A stretch of DNA of 64,000 nt, taken from NCBI GenBank assembly GCA_950097015.1, contig CATNEN010000007.1, forward strand, positions 1,426,001 through 1,490,000, read 5' to 3'. The position numbers and the translations under genes were made by a program. Below are positions 62,426 through 64,000 of this stretch, one piece after another. Each line of letters opens with the position of its first letter. The first letter of the stretch is position 1. Source of the stretch: Macrostomum hystrix (Eukaryota; Animalia; Platyhelminthes). Below the pieces are notes generated by a model. The model searched no databases and was not told the origin of the DNA. It worked only from the letters and a program-made list of their open reading frames with translations.

Positions 62426-63967
62426 TTTAGCTAAAACAAAAAATCCATGTAGCATACGCCTTACTCTCTACTGTTAGTAGTAGTAAAACAAATTTGTACT
62501 CATATTTTAAATGGAGATCAGACGTTTATCTTGGTCCAGGACTGCAACATATATTTTAAATAGTGTTTTGAGAAATCGATAGAAACGTAGCTTTGAATCA
62601 ATCAACTGTTTTTCTACGAGTATATACGAGCCGGGACGTAAATAAGGACTTTACGAGTCTAATAAATTCAAGAAGACAATAGTTTAATAGTTTACCTATA
62701 TGGCGCCCTGCTGCTTCAGCTCGCTTCAAAGTCTATCGATGTCAGCTGAAAAATGGGAAATTTAGCTTTTGCTTTTCAGGTCGGAAGAAATAGTTTGAGC
62801 AGGCGCCTGCTGCTGCTGCTGCTGCCGCTCTTATTGGTACTTGTCTGCGTGTAGCTTTTGGGAACAGATGTAGGATGTGTTTGCCATTTGTTGTCATGGT
62901 AACGCTTGTGTCTGCTTCTGCACTTCCTATCCCTCACTTTCTATTTCTGCCAGACGTTGGCGCCGACTCAGAGAAGGAATGAAAGTGCTCTAGGGCAATT
63001 GGCGCCATGAACTTGTCCGCACCTGTGAATTTGATCAGCTCTGAGTCGATTCTCTGATCTAGCATAGCCGTGAGCTTCAACGACTTTGGCATTCATTTGC
63101 CGATGAAAACGATTGACAAGGATAACCCACCAAAGTAAGATGCATTGATTTGTTCGGCAGGAAAAGCCTGTTAAATTCAGAACCGAAATTGCGCGCTGGG
63201 GGGCAGGAGAAGGAACAAACAAAAAATTTCTGTTTGCCCAGGAGAAAACGTTGCTAAGCCGTTGACTTTTTTCATAGGCCTGACGATCGATTTTTCTCAC
63301 TTTTTTTCTCATCTCAACTCCAACTGCTGAACAGCTATAGACTCAATCTCAATTTAGTAGCTAGCAATGCATTAAAACAACAATAGACATTGTATGCACT
63401 TTAAGTGCCAATAAATAATTTATGAAAATGAAGTTGAAAACTTGCTTACCTGTTTTATCTGGGTCTAAATTTTGTCAAGCCTTTCTTGCCTTACGCAGTT
63501 GGAAACAGAACTTGATAAAAAATGTTAACAATATCAGCTTTAGAGCTTTAGAGCCCAGGTGAAAGCGAAAAATTCTACACTGTTGTCTTATAATAGCTAA
63601 ACATTTGAAATGAACCCAAGTGTGTGTACAGGTTGGTTAAATAGCTTTCCAGCATCAGTGTTGACGATGTGCCAGTCATATCAATATTCAGGCTCTCCAC
63701 GCTTAATCTGTCACAGAAAAAAATTAAATGTCGTTTCAGTGCCCGACAGAGGTGACTCAATTAACTCGGAATAAAAGTGCAAGTGAGAGTGAACAGGTGT
63801 TTTAAGTGATGGAAAATTTAAATGATATTTTTCAAGCTAATTTCTACCACAAAATTAGAAACAGATTAACTACAAAGCGGGAGATTAACTACTACTTATA
63901 GTAGAAGACAGCATGACATTTTTTTCGAATAACGTTTTATAAGTGCTTGAGTAGTTCGAGTAGTACA

Positions 63968-64000
63968 AGAACTAGAACTAGAACTAGAACTAGAACTAGA
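63968..64000. repeat. (ACTAGA)n microsatellite running off the window edge
   Basis: Direct inspection. Confidence 0.9.

Noticed and set aside
62700-63760. Possible exons of another gene at the right edge (minus-strand donor at ~63446, short frames, poly-Leu on plus)
   Set aside because: Could not build a phase-consistent model or identify a product within the window

Overview
Eukaryotic (animal) genomic DNA, not prokaryotic: GC-rich spliced exons sit in AT-rich introns, and roughly 45% of the window is minisatellite arrays. The style resembles a flatworm such as Macrostomum (inference, not verified). Most long ORFs in the supplied track are read-throughs of tandem repeats. Manual splicing gives four complete multi-exon genes: (1) an iGluR-topology channel with a perfect K+ filter TMTTVGYGD (28998-39875, +); (2) CaMKIV (40529-43837, -) with a GC-AG intron; (3) an adhesion GPCR (44352-54656, +), head-to-head with CaMKIV; (4) a CAP-EGF-EGF protein with a furin site and hydrophobic tail (57222-62425, -). 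There are also two genes with single-exon CDSs: a zinc-finger/SETD8-like methyltransferase (6683-7777, -) and a catalytically dead LRAT/PLAAT-like gene with a 1-nt frameshift (20069-20546, +). The first 16 kb is an accessory jumble. The SET gene lies between two near-identical ~2.2 kb direct repeats, next to duplicated methyltransferase fragments, a decayed tyrosine-recombinase (Crypton-like) C-terminus and an NHL-repeat pseudogene. tRNA-derived SINEs occur in five places. No rRNA, intact tRNA or CRISPR array is supported. Exon coordinates come from hand translation; repeat boundaries and copy numbers are approximate.
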